The translations under genes and the position numbers were made by a program. A stretch of DNA of 63,524 nt, filler included, from Octopus bimaculoides (taxonomy: Eukaryota), in assembly GCF_001194135.2 (NCBI RefSeq). It is 5 parts of 4 records of this genome, joined end to end, with 100 filler letters (N's around TTAATTAATTAA, not from the genome) between each part and the next. Parts side by side here need not be neighbours in the genome. Positions count along the whole stretch, not along the records: positions 1 to 25,698 come from NC_068985.1; positions 25,799 to 51,576 come from NC_068983.1; 3 more parts are not named here. The stretch is one strand, 5' to 3'. Below the pieces are notes generated by a model. The model ran no database searches. It was not told the origin of the DNA and saw only the letters and a list, made by a program, of their open reading frames with translations. Shown piece by piece: positions 20,321 to 33,337 of the stretch. How positions within the stretch are numbered: the first letter of the stretch is position 1; each line of letters begins with the position of its first letter.

Positions 20321-21391
20321 GAAGGATCTACTTTTTTCTCCAACCAAATAATTTTCATAAATGTTAGCAGTGTGATTTCATCTCATGATAGCAGTAGAAT
20401 GACTTAGATACTTTATTGTATTCTACATTGGTACCTAATGGTTATGATTTCAATTCACAAATTAGCTTTTCCTCTTTAGGACTGACAAAAGAAGTTACAG
20501 GAATTCCAACCCTACTCAGTAGTTAATGAGAAAAGAGCATTCAGTTTGTCTTATCAAATGCTGAAGTAAAAAGAAAAAAAAATTCAAATATCTTCCTATG
20601 TATCTTTATAAGTATTCATCTTTTTGTGATTGGATAATTAAAAATGTTTTTTGTTTATTTTTTTTCCTTCTATTTTTCAACCACTGAAAGTTTAGCATCA
20701 CATTTATTTATTTATTTATTTTTGTTAATATACTTAAAACATCTAGTCTTTGCATTTGCATAAAATTTCTTTATCAGTAAAATATATGATGTTCTTATAA
20801 AATAAAATTCTTCCCTTTTTGAGTACAAAATACATAACTGATTTGCACTAATATATTGCCTCAGAGACATTCTATATGCATTTATGTCTATTATAAAATC
20901 GCAGTAAAATTCTCTTGGCAGCCCAGGCATCACTACAAAGATATGTTCTGCTCTATTTCAAGTCATTCACTAAAATCCAGACTTTAACAACTCTCTGGCT
21001 AGATACAAAATCGACAACTAAGTACTCCATATAAACTTTGAATAATTAAAGCTGACTAACATTACATTGCAGCTCAATGTTGTTTTTGCAAATGTATATT
21101 AACTTTTCCTACTACTCTTATATCCCATCTATATTTAAAGAAACCTAGCAACTCTCATATTAAACTAGTGATCCTAGGCCAAAACAATTTTTAATCTCTA
21201 CAAACAAGAACACAACTGCAAGAAGCATTAGAACAAATCTTTATTTTGACATTGAACACTCACACAAATTAAACTGAAATAAGAAAATATGGATTAAATA
21301 AACAATATCAGGCTTTTTAAACTTATATATTTTTAAAATTAAACATCAAACGTCATTAGAAATAAAGATAAATTGCAACAGTGTCATTTAC

Positions 21392-21528
21392 CTGGGGAAG
21401 AAGAATATTCTCTTTTTTTGAAGGAGCTGTCTTCTGTTTAATTCGTGAACGCAAGGCTTTGGAAGGATTTCCACAGAATACAGAACCATCTGTAAGATCA
21501 CTGATCGATTCTGGAGACTCAAAAACAT
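21392..21528 (-). CDS. Internal coding exon (137 nt, phase 1 to 0) of an unidentified minus-strand gene
   Basis: tttgcag acceptor and CAG/gtaaat donor; open frame DVFESPESISDLTDGSVFCGNPSKALRSRIKQKTAPSKKENILLPQ; phase matches the next exon. Confidence 0.7.
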
Positions 21529-21777
21529 CTGCAAAGTGTACATATGTTCATTATAAATTTGTACTTTTGTTACTAACACACTTCTACATATATACATATT
21601 TTCATAGGCCTATATTTGTCTTTTGCTGTTTGAATTTATTCTGAACAATTTTAAACTAGCTGTTAGCCTAGTAACAAGCCTGAAAGTTATGTGATGTGTC
21701 CAATAACCTTCATCATCATTCTCAAAATTTATTTCTTGCTATATGTGTGTGTGTGTGTGTATGCATATATATGTGTG

Positions 21778-21811
<34 letters not shown>

Positions 21812-21816
21812 TACAC

Positions 21817-22560
21817 ACTAGCAATGCATCCTGGTGTTGCCTGGGTATTATCCATCTAGAAAAATACAGAGCTTACAAATCTTGGAAATATATATATATT
21901 TTTTAAAGTTTAATTTTTCTTATAGAAATACTCAATGCCCCTTCCCTCACCTCACCCACCCACTTTCAAAAAGCTAAAAACACCCAATGTTTCACTTTCA
22001 TCTAATGTTTCACACATGTGTAGAATTGTACTGAAATAGAGCACCACCGGAAAACCCAACATGCTAGAAACAATAGGTAAACGACATTATTTCTGAAGAA
22101 ACTTCCCCGTTTTCCAAAAAGCTGAAAGTGAAACATTGGGAGTTTGTAGCTTTTTGAAAGTGGTGAGGTAATGGGTGGGTGTTTGGGAAGGAGATCTGAA
22201 TGTTTCTTTAAGAAAAAAGAAAGAAGAAAATTCTTAAAGATTCGTACTCTCTGTTTTTTCTCTGTGGATTACCAAGAAAACAATTTGGAAAAGGTAAAAA
22301 AATGAAGAAATTGGGATGGGGAGGGAGAAAATTAAAATATTGACAATGTGTTTTTTGGGTGAAATCCTAATCTCTTGTATTGAAAACATAAGAATCAGAA
22401 GAAATTAACAAAAAAAATTGGTGGTGGAGTGCAAATGTCACCTCAGACATGCTAGAAACAACAGGTAAAGGACAGGATTTCTTGGAGAACTTCTTTTAAA
22501 ATTTATATAAAAAATCAAGTTTTTAAACACACTCCTCACAAACATGAATTAGAGAATAGA
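21817..22560. mobile_element. Helentron/HINE (DINE-1-like) non-autonomous element with internal inverted repeat
   Basis: Starts ACTAGC then CCTGGTGTTGCCTGGG (CpG-decayed CCCGGCGTTGCCCGGG); internal inverted repeat 21961-22000 / 22123-22162; direct repeat acatgctagaaacaa.aggtaaa at ~22060 and ~22448. Confidence 0.5.
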
Positions 22561-24046
22561 AAAAGGTGATTTCAATTGGATTTTAGGTGTAATTTTGCAC
22601 TTGCACATAGCAAGAAATAACATAATTCATACAGAAGTTTTACCTAGAGTGTGTATGAGAGTGAGTGTGTGTGTGTGTGTGTGCCAAAGGAAGTTATTTT
22701 ACAGCATTCTTTCATTTGAAGCAGGGAAGTTGTCAACTTCATCATATGGGATCAAAGGATTGTTCATTAATTTCTCTAAATTTTTTTTATTTCTTTATGC
22801 CTGATTCTGCATGTCACTACTCACAGTTTTGAACTGATAAACATTATTATTGCACTTCCTTCATTTGAATCTCTTCATTCATACATTTCTATACATACAT
22901 ACTTTTTTGAATAACCATTACTCTGATTATTCTGCATTTTTACAGTTACGCTTTTTCCATGACAGTAGATAAACTTTTTATTCCACAATGTATTTGTAGT
23001 GGCTTCATGCAAACATAGCGTGGATTCAATCCTCGATTGCCAAATTTCACTTAACACTTCAACAGTGCTTTTCTCACGGTTAAACAATAGTTTTTCTGTG
23101 AATGACAGCAGTTATACATTTCCCAGATGCCTTCGCTAAGCAGAATAATGCCTTTGCCACTTGACCCTTCTAACCTCTTCTAGGCCACCACTGGCTGGAA
23201 TGGAGATAACAGACCTCCAACGAAATCATTTGTTCTCAACAATATGTCTATCCTTCTGGCTGCTTTTCAATAGTTATAAAAACAAGAAATCCATAAGCTA
23301 AAGGCAGTTACTAAGAGTGACTATCAATGAGTGTGAACATTATTATTGCACTTTCTTCAAACACTTCATTCCTATATCTATATAACTTCTTTCACCAACC
23401 TCCGAAAACCTCTCTCACCAACCTCCAACAATCTCTACCTCCTCCAGCTGACAGTTTTTTTGTACTTTTATGTTACAGAAAATACACCTTTTGTGGCAGT
23501 TATAACGAAATTGCTTTCTTATATCAGAGTAATAAGGCGTTTCAATAGAACATCTTTACCCTAGGGAATTACCGGGAACACCAAACCAGTATATATATAT
23601 ATATTTCTAATACCACGCCCTTGCTAATTTTAGTGATTCAGCCAAAAAAGGCCCTTGAATGCCACTAGTCAACAAACAGTACTTAAATTTCTCACTCTTT
23701 ATTCATACATACTTCCTTTCTCCCCCTTGACCAAAAATATTTCCCCACCTTCTTCCCTCAAATTATCTTTTCTTCAAATAACAGTCTCCTTACAAAATTC
23801 TAGGATTCAGCCAAAACAGCTCCATTGTTTAGTACCAGTCAACTGACCTTGCTTAACTTCCTCTTTCCACTCACTCCCTTATATTTTCTTCTTTTTCCCC
23901 TTTTTTCCCTTCTTCTAACAATTATTTCTCCCTACATTTATATACTCCTCTCATACTGTGCTCAACACATTCTGATTGAATCCTCCATGCATTAACATGT
24001 CCATACTTGCAACAATGTAACCTTTAATTTAATCAAGATATCCTTG

Positions 24047-24422
24047 GCATTTGACTGCGGCCATGCTGGAGCACCACCTTTAGTTGAGCAAATCGACCCC
24101 AGGACTTATTCTTTTGTAAGCCTAGTACTTATTCTATCGGTCTCTTTTGCTGAACCGCTAAGTTACGGGGACGTAAGCACACCAGCATCAGCTGTCAAAC
24201 GATGTTGGGAGGACAAACACAGATACACAAACACACACACATATACATATACATATATACGATGGGCATCTTTCAGTTTCTGTCTACCAAATCCACTCAC
24301 AAGGCTTTGGTCGGCCCGAGGCTATAGTAAAAGACACTTGCCCAAGGTGCCATGCAGTGGGGCTGAACCCGGAACCATGTGGTTGGTAAGCAAGCTACTT
24401 ACCACACAGCCACTCCTGCGCC
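24047..24422 (-). mobile_element. SINE family B, near full length
   Basis: Minus-strand head ggctgtgtggtaagtagcttgcttaccaaccacatggttccgggttcag (A/B-box-like) and core ccttgggcaagtgtc. Confidence 0.9.
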
Positions 24423-24479
24423 TTGTCGAAATTATCATGTAGAAGTGTGCGCACATTCCAACAGCCAAAAATTCAGAGG

Positions 24480-24990
24480 ATGTTCGTTTTTACTTCTTCT
24501 TGAAGATTGTTTGACCACAGTGGCAGGATGATGACCAGGCCAAGCTTATGACATACTGGGACACCTGCCAAGCCAGACCTGTTCCCTTGACATTCCAACC
24601 CTTTTTTTTTCCATTTACTGAATCTGTTTGAGGCATTTTGGAATAAGTTATAAGTGCATTTTTAAGCTTCTGCCAACCAATTGAATGATTTTACTAAGAT
24701 TTGGTGTACAAGAAGTACCTGTGCAGATGAATAATTTTCAGTGGGTGTAACTTGCACTGCACTACACCCACCTATTGCACACCTTTCAATCCCGTGTATA
24801 TCATAAGGTCTGCAAATCTAATGGAAGTATCAAAAGACATTTTAAGATCCACAAAGATGAGAACTTAACTGCAGCTCTTGGTGGTCCAAATCAGATATGC
24901 AGTTTATGTGGGTGTCTATACATTATCTGGTTTAAAAACTCACATCAAATGCCATTGTGGATCTAAGGTGTAGGTACAAGAGGTGGCCAG
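24480..24990 (+). mobile_element. Probable decayed RTE-like LINE 3-prime region with zinc-finger-like remnants
   Basis: HKVCKSNGSIKRHFKIH and QICSLCG..FKNSH resemble the C2H2-like ends of some RTE LINEs; frame broken. Confidence 0.4.
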
Positions 24991-25015
24991 ACTCTGCATA
25001 AGGAATAGACAACCA

Positions 25016-25094
<79 letters not shown>

Positions 25095-25147
25095 AATAAT
25101 AAAATGACAACAAAAGAATGAGACCTCGATATTATGAAAATAGAGGA

Positions 25148-25191
<44 letters not shown>

Positions 25192-25385
25192 TATCGTCAA
25201 AAATAGCCGATGAAAATGCTCCGGAGCTTTTAGCTCTGGCATTTGAAATTGAGTTCTATTATGACAACTATATATACTTCTGTATATGTATATTTATATA
25301 TACTATACACACATATAAACACACATTCACAGATATCTATCTATCTATCTTAATCGAAGCGTACAGTATTATATGTCCATTATGT

Positions 25386-25542
25386 CTGATCTTACCAACC
25401 AGTTTTGCACTAGGGGTTCAATAGAGTGTTAGGTAATAGTCTGATTATGTAATCCTGTCATCTTGAAAAGCAGAGTTACACAATCGGACTGTTACCTAAC
25501 ACTCTATTGAACTTCTAGTGTGAAACTAATTGATAACATCAG
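25386..25542. repeat. 157-bp hairpin, MITE-like
   Basis: Left arm ...taggggttcaatagagtgttaggtaatagtctgatt pairs with right arm aatcggactgttacctaacactctattgaacttcta...; imperfect arms of ~60 bp. Confidence 0.8.
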
Positions 25543-25641
25543 CTGTAATGGATATACAATGCCGTACACTTCAATTAATATACCCACCCTACTGACAAAT
25601 ATACGAGTGCATTTTTTCAGATTTATGAATTCTTAGAGGGC

Positions 25642-25698
<57 letters not shown>

Positions 25699-25798
25699 NN
25701 NNNNNNNNNNNNNNNNNNNNNNNNNNNNNNNNNNNNNNNNNNTTAATTAATTAANNNNNNNNNNNNNNNNNNNNNNNNNNNNNNNNNNNNNNNNNNNN
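25699..25798. other. Assembly gap marker N44-TTAATTAATTAA-N44 (also centred at 51621-51632, 56532-56543 and 61691-61702)
   Basis: Identical 12-mer with stops in all six frames, centred in 100-nt N blocks. Ordinary N gaps at 7453-7825, 26672-27212, 41782-42507, 46031-46161, 48138-48971, 50499-50659 and 55296-55305. Confidence 0.95.
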
Positions 25799-27212
25799 TA
25801 TATATTCATCTTCTACTTGTTTCTGTCATTAGACTACAGCCATGCTGATGCACCGCCTTAAGGAAATTTTAGTCGAACGAATCGATCGTTACTTTTCTCC
25901 TTAAGCCTGCTCAACACAACTCTTCACATGCTTAGTCATCAACGGGTAATTTATACGCTGATCGAACAACTGGATCTTCATCTTCGAAATCAATGGAAAT
26001 TCATCCATCCATGCGGAAACCTTCGTACATAAACGTACATACAATACAAGCGCATACGCATATATTTTGTACCCACACACTCAAAATCCCATGCACATAT
26101 GTATATGTGATGATTTCAGAGTATATACGGTTTAAAACAAAACATTAGGAATAAATCAAATTGAAATGTGTTTATTAGTTTATAATAATATTTCTGCTTA
26201 CGTTTGTATAAATGTAATCATTTGAAGTCTATTCTCTTTTAAATAAAATAAAAACTTCCAAAAGAAGACTTAATACTTCTATTGAAGCCTGTTCCATTGA
26301 ACTATTGAATGTAATTTCCAGAATACATCTTAGAAGAATAACAACTTTAAATTACATATCTTCTGTTGATAGATAATTTTAACTGTTCAAAGAGACAAAT
26401 AGAAAGGCTCTCTTTATCAATAACAACAAAATACTCACTCACTCACTCACTTACTCACTCACTCACTCACACATACACACTCTCTCTCATTTTCTTTATT
26501 TTATTTGTCTATTTTACTGAGTAATGTAATATAATGGATGTGATGTATCTATTTTCCTGTATTTAATTATGTATACATATACTCCCTCTAATATAGACAT
26601 ATGCATACATAAATTCTTATATATATATATATATATATGTATGTATATATGCATACATATATATATATATANNNNNNNNNNNNNNNNNNNNNNNNNNNNN
26701 NNNNNNNNNNNNNNNNNNNNNNNNNNNNNNNNNNNNNNNNNNNNNNNNNNNNNNNNNNNNNNNNNNNNNNNNNNNNNNNNNNNNNNNNNNNNNNNNNNNN
26801 NNNNNNNNNNNNNNNNNNNNNNNNNNNNNNNNNNNNNNNNNNNNNNNNNNNNNNNNNNNNNNNNNNNNNNNNNNNNNNNNNNNNNNNNNNNNNNNNNNNN
26901 NNNNNNNNNNNNNNNNNNNNNNNNNNNNNNNNNNNNNNNNNNNNNNNNNNNNNNNNNNNNNNNNNNNNNNNNNNNNNNNNNNNNNNNNNNNNNNNNNNNN
27001 NNNNNNNNNNNNNNNNNNNNNNNNNNNNNNNNNNNNNNNNNNNNNNNNNNNNNNNNNNNNNNNNNNNNNNNNNNNNNNNNNNNNNNNNNNNNNNNNNNNN
27101 NNNNNNNNNNNNNNNNNNNNNNNNNNNNNNNNNNNNNNNNNNNNNNNNNNNNNNNNNNNNNNNNNNNNNNNNNNNNNNNNNNNNNNNNNNNNNNNNNNNN
27201 NNNNNNNNNNNN

Positions 27213-27272
<60 letters not shown>

Positions 27273-27411
27273 TGTGCGCGCGCGTGTATTCACGTATACA
27301 GCAATACACAGGGACATTTAGATACAAACGTACACATATGTGCATATTATGTATATATATATGTGTGTGTATGTAGGTGTATGTGTGCGTGTGCATGTGC
27401 GTGTGTGCGTG

Positions 27412-27450
<39 letters not shown>

Positions 27451-30400
27451 ATGCGTTTACATTAATCCATCCTCACTTAGACACAGAAGAATACATACGC
27501 ACAGACACGCACACTCGCACACACATCGACATGACGTTGGCAGGAGCCCAGTGTATTCTCAAATTTTCCTCTCTTTTCATATATTCTTTACATCCCAGCT
27601 AATGTCTTACTTTATCTAAATGTATTTCCTACTCCGGTTTTACACTCTGACTAAATTATAAATAAAAGAAGAGATTTTTCATAAAATCCATTTGAAGAAT
27701 TAATGTATATTAAAGATGTTGATATGTAGTCTGCGATCGTCAAGAAAAATGACTAACTCAATAGGGTGATGCTTGTCAAGGTCAAAAATATGAACATACG
27801 AGTTTAAGGCATTTAAAAGAAGTTTGGGAGTTGGAACATTACAATCTAATTATATAAGAAAAGTCGCACTTCTGATGAAACAAATTCCCCCTCTTCTCAT
27901 GTGTAATGTATGTTATATAAAGTGACGCGAAAAAATGAAATGAATATTCTCTGTAAAGTTGTGTATCTATGTGAGCTTATGTGTTAATCACCGTTCTTTA
28001 TCTGGAAAAAATACGAGATGTTCACACAAAATAGGTGTATTGAGCATTATCGACAGTTTCAATATAGAAAGATGTTTTGAAGGATCAACTTCTGTCGATT
28101 CATAATCATCTTCAATTCCTCAAATGACCCCTCAGTTTTCAATTGTTATTTGTCACTCTCGTTCGTTTCCTTCGTACTTGTCAATTCTGGTCTAAGTTTT
28201 TACATTAAACTGAATATGTACTAGACACAAGTTCCGATAACCACGATCGGTAAATCTGTTCCTGATTCTGAACCTGATAAACAAAGGTTGAACTCGAAAA
28301 ATAAACATAAAACTATAACTTGAGATAAAGTTTTGTTTTAGCATTTAGTGAAGCAGCTTAACGATTTCAAGACTATGGACGATGGACTTTGTACAGTACC
28401 TGTCGTTATCAATAAAAATAATAGGGGCGGAATGGATAGGTGGAATCGTTAGTGCATTGAGAATGTCTTTAATTACGACCATTTACGTTCTGTGTTCAAA
28501 TACTGCCCAAGTCTACTTCGCCTTTCATCCTTGCGAGGCCAAAGAAAAAGAAAGGAAAACAATATAATCGATTGTGTCCCACTTCAAAATTTTTTGTCGA
28601 GTATCTCAGGTAAGAACTTATTTTACATATATCTAAAAGCTAGAATAGGTTGATTAGCATATATTTGTAATGATGACAAACTGTCGTCAAAGATGATAAA
28701 AAAATATCTTAATTCATAGTTTGATTACAATATCCAACGGAATGCGTACGGATGTTAGGTTTCTTTTTATTTGTGTTTAAATCCCTTCTATTACTTGTAT
28801 GAAGCATTTTACGAGAGAATGTGTTATGGGCAGATCTCAAATAGATAAAATATCTATCAAAAATAGGATAAAATTTACTTAGATGAAATTCTTACAATTT
28901 ATTCAATATATCCATGTACTTGCATACTGGATAAGAGTTCAATTTTGCTTTATATGCATTCCTTTCTTATATTCTGATTCTAGAATGTTGCAACTGAAAC
29001 CTTTAAAATTTTATAAAAGTTAATTCGTGAGAAAATATTAAATAGTCTTTGGAAGATTTGGACATGGTGCTTATATTTTGACTAATGCAGCTCTACTGAA
29101 AGCGATTATTTTCTTTCTACCATTCATCAATATCGAATGGGTACCATAAGAAATGCAAGCAATCTGAGAGGAGCTGTAAACCTTTGTAAAATTCATAATT
29201 ATTAGATCCAGAATCCCTTTTTAAATGTTTTGTGAGCAGTGAAGAAAAATCAAAGAAGAACTTTTAACCCTAATAAATTTTACTTTGATGGGTTAAAGTC
29301 GATAATATACAATTTCAAATATTATACTCCAATCATATCATCCTCAATATAGAGTGAAAATATAATACTGATTTACCATCGCACAAGTTTACAAATTCAC
29401 AAGGTAAGGAGGTTATGATCACTTGAAATGTCTAGTACGAGAATTGAAAGCTAAAGTCAATCTCGATGTAGAAGCCTTTAAAATGCCGCAATGCATAGTA
29501 TCATCCGTTGACCTTAGTTGGGCTACAATATTAAAATAACCCACATACAATAAAATGAATCTTAGCTAAAGTTAAAGTCGATCTTAGTAGAATCTGAATT
29601 TAATAAGAAAAGAAATATAACTGAATACTGCAAAGTATTCTATTTGGTACTTTGTGTTTCTGCAACTATTCACCCCGATATTCCTAAATATTGCCGTACA
29701 TCTTCAATATCTGTAATGTGTAAAACACATTATTAAATTGGAAGCGATTATATTTCATTCAGATCTTATATCAAATACATTTGTCTGATTACCAATAATG
29801 TAGATACATTTTTGGCTACTTCAGTACCAAATAATCTATATGTCAGATGAATTTTTTGACTTTTTACTAACTCTAACGTTAAACTTCCTGGAAGTTTTCT
29901 TCCAAAAAGGCGATTCTTCCTCTGAAATATTTTTTTACAGCAATACAAAATGTGTACTTCCTCTGAAGTATTTTTTACAGCAATACAAAATGTGTACTTC
30001 TTTTATCACACAGTGAAGGAAGAATATAGACTTCCGACCCCACCCCACCCAAAAAACCCCGCAAAAATTAAATGTCTCGCTGAGTTTTGCTGAATTAAAT
30101 AATTCTTTAACAATTCCCTAGCAGTTTTACAGGTCTGTAGAACATGATTAATCGATATAAACAATATTAACCAGAAGCCGTCTTAATACATTCACTAAAT
30201 ACAGATAGCAAATCAGTGGCTAAAAGAAAACAAGTGTCATCTCCTTTCTTATTTCCATTATCTTTTCAGATTACGAAGTAAAGGACGATGTAACATTATA
30301 TATATATTATATGAGAATGGCATATGATGAAGTATAGTCTACCTCGAAAGTCGATCAGCTGAACAGGAAGAATTCATACATTTCTCTTGCTAAATGTTTG

Positions 30401-30805
30401 ACATCATTGTTAGGCAGCATTTAGCTTTACAAAATTTACGTTTGCACCTTTGCCTTCTTAAACTTTCCGAATAAATTTTGCCTTCGGCCTTTCCTAGAAA
30501 TATGTAATAGTAATGGTAGACTGTATCCGCGCAGAAAATTTCTCTGGTACCTATATAGTAAACTAAAAATAAAATATTTTCTTGTTTCATCTAATTTGTA
30601 CTTTATTTGAAGTAATATTAATTTAACGGCTTACTTCGATAGAACCGTGAAAGGTTATACCTTTTAGTCAGAGAACTGGTGTAAGCTTTACGCGTTATAA
30701 CACGGTGTTAAGGGATGTGTTATATATTACCCCACCCTCAAATCAAAATACGGTGAGTGTATCATTGATTTGGATTACAAAAGCACGAACTCAATTGTGG
30801 TTGTT

Positions 30806-30845
<40 letters not shown>

Positions 30846-31042
30846 AAGTCGTGTTTCTTTGGTGAATCTCAAAATTAATCCATATGTACGTACATACATA
30901 CATACATATACGTAAACATGCACACATATATGTATAGATACACTATCGTACACTTGTACATATGCACGTACACACAATGCTCGTATGTGTCGTGTTTGAT
31001 AAGGATCTTTTATCTTTTATCTTATAGTTTTTATCAGTTACT

Positions 31043-31385
31043 AGACTGCGGCCATGCAGTACTTATTTCTTTTTTGCCGAACCAATATGTTAGAGGGACT
31101 AAACAAACCAACTCCGGTTGTCAAGCGGTGATGGACGACAAATACATACGCAGGCACACATATAGGTATATACATACATACATACATACATACATACATA
31201 CATACATACATACATACACACGTATAAGGTGAACATCTTTCAGTTTCCATTTACCAAATCCACTAACAATACCCGGGGCTATAGTAGAAGACACTTGCCC
31301 TAGTTGATACGCAGTTGAGCTGAACGTGGAACGTGGAACCGTGGGGTTGGGAAACAGTCTTTACCTTACAGCCACGCCTGCGCCT
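31043..31385 (-). mobile_element. SINE family B with internal (CATA)n
   Basis: Homologous to 24047-24422. Confidence 0.85.
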
Positions 31386-31759
31386 GTCTATTTTCGGGTG
31401 TTGTTTTTGTAATCTTGACAAATGCTGTCTTTAATAGACAGGCAAAGTTGTTGAACCTTACTAGTGAATATTTATATCACCAAGAGCCTCTCAAGTCATC
31501 TTTGACACCTGGTGGTCATGCAGAATTTGGTGTCAGAATGCGTCCGACGAAATCAATGGCAACAAACGTACATTGAAACATAAAAGATAAAACCGAACAC
31601 ATGAATGTAATTCTTGAAAATGGAAGTCATTCTCAATTTCTACAAAATATTCTTAGAGGAGAAACTGTTCTCCATCCATCCATGCATCCATCCATCCATC
31701 CATCCATCCAGCCAGCCAGCCAGCAATCTATTCTCATATACATGCATACACACATTCAT

Positions 31760-32200
31760 CACATCGCACCTAGAAAGATACGTCTTCGCTATTCAGGAAC
31801 GGCAAATAGCTACTAAATACCTGATCAATAGAAAAGATAAAGATTCCTTCAACCCACCACGTTGTGATAGATAATGACGATTGTACTATGCGTGGAAGAT
31901 ATCATCCAGATCACAACAGCTGCTCCAAAATACTCGCAAGTTACTAACATTCCATGAGCACGACATCCGTGCCAAAACTATTTACAATGCTATTCGCAGA
32001 AAGGATTGTCCTGACTGCAATGCAAAAGACCCTGAACGCTCTCACACGTTCAAAACGAAGGATTACTACTGGAATATTCGAATAAAAATATCAACCCCAT
32101 GAAAACGAAAGAGCACAAATTTGATAATATTCTGTGGGACAAGGAACTAAAATCATGCGCTGTTGTAGACGTCAAGAGCCATAGAATTCGTGAATAAGTT
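31760..32200 (+). mobile_element. R4/Dong-like (RLE-type) non-LTR retrotransposon, C-terminal fragment
   Basis: YVFAIQERQIATKYLINRK, HDIRAKTIYNAIRRKDCP and YYWNIRIK; frameshifted. Confidence 0.65.
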
Positions 32201-33115
32201 CTCTTTTACACCTATTGCTATAGGCGCACTGTGCTAACTTACAAGAGAATTGTTCGGTTTGGCCAAGAAAGTAAGAAGCAAAGTAATTGACACCTCCAAA
32301 TCCAATAGGGTCAAGAGGCACGTGCTCGCGTAGGCGATCGATGAGCAGAAAGGGGCGATGAGAACATGCCTTCCTGGCAGTTATCTCGTCTGATCAGCAA
32401 GACCCTATATAGTAGTCTGGGCCCACTTTTTTTTCTTAGAAAAACATATACGTACAAAACGTGCATTAATTTAATGTAGGATATGTTAATAATAATTCAC
32501 AAAAAACACCCATATATATGCATCATTACCAGTACTCCCGCATTCACAAATTCTTGGAGATATTTTAACTCAAGCAAAGAAGCTCCTATCAGCTTTTCGC
32601 TTAGCGACTGGACTAGAATCTCAAATGAACACACACACATACGCACATACATAAACATACGCACATACATAAACACACACACACACACACACACACAATT
32701 TGTAAAGTTTGTACACTAGTTGACATTTTACGAAAGGTGCACTAGTCACTCATCACACACACACACACACACACACACACAGATGGCTCTGGCTTGTGCA
32801 GCGAGTTCGTATAGGCCAAGACATAATTCTACAGAAACTGCAATGGCTGGACAGTGTGATGCACATTCACTAAATTGATTTGATTTCGACACATTGTGTT
32901 GGATGGTCGCTGAGTCTCCTGAGTTCATATTCTATTTTAACAGATTTTGTTTTTCATCAGTCAGTGTCCACAAGCTAGCTTGGTAGATTGACGGTATTGT
33001 TGCCGACGGCTCGGCCAAACACAAGTTGTCGTGGTTTGTATAATACATGTTTATCAATAGCAGATAGCTGTTATCATTTCCTTGACCTGCCACAAAATTT
33101 ACTAGTAAGCACATA

Positions 33116-33337
33116 TACGAGGGGGTGCTTAAAAGTTCCAGGCTTTGGGTAAAAGAAAATACAGGAGGATCAGTTATTTATGATTGTATTCAACATATTC
33201 CCCTCTCAGATTCGCACATTTACTTGCAGCGGTCTTTCTGTTTTTCTAAGCCCTGTGAGAAAACTTCGAAGGCTGGACCACCAACCAGGCCTTTCACGAT
33301 GCTCTTAAAGCCAGGAGCCTTTCAACACCCTTTCGTA
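33116..33337. mobile_element. Mariner-type MITE, second copy
   Basis: tacgagggggtgcttaaaagttccaggc...gccaggagcctttcaacaccctttcgta; collinear with 18178-18398. Confidence 0.85.

Noticed and set aside
20712-20933. 73-aa minus-strand ORF inside the gene, with a possible donor at 20734
   Set aside because: No phase-0 acceptor is available after the upstream in-frame stop, and the flanking exons already join in phase without it.
24047-24422. tRNA-like A/B boxes
   Set aside because: Part of multi-copy SINE heads with no complete cloverleaf; not called as tRNA genes.
25743-25754. TTAATTAATTAA islands inside N-runs, four identical occurrences
   Set aside because: Centred in 100-nt N blocks and carrying stops in all six frames: a scaffolding linker, not biology.
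25900-26040. Open plus-strand frame LNTTLHMLSHQRVIYTLIEQLDLHLRNQWKFIHPCG
   Set aside because: The apparent acceptor (ttaag) belongs to the preceding SINE fragment and the donor is weak.
29930-30000. ~41-bp tandem duplication (cctctgaa.tattttttacagcaatacaaaatgtgtactt)
   Set aside because: A simple local duplication with no associated structure.
32746-33114. Adjacent ~60-aa minus-strand ORFs and a possible plus-strand exon (LGRLTVLLPTARPN...)
   Set aside because: No consistent splice-site pair or recognisable motif, and the strands conflict. Left uncalled, though the sequence is unique.
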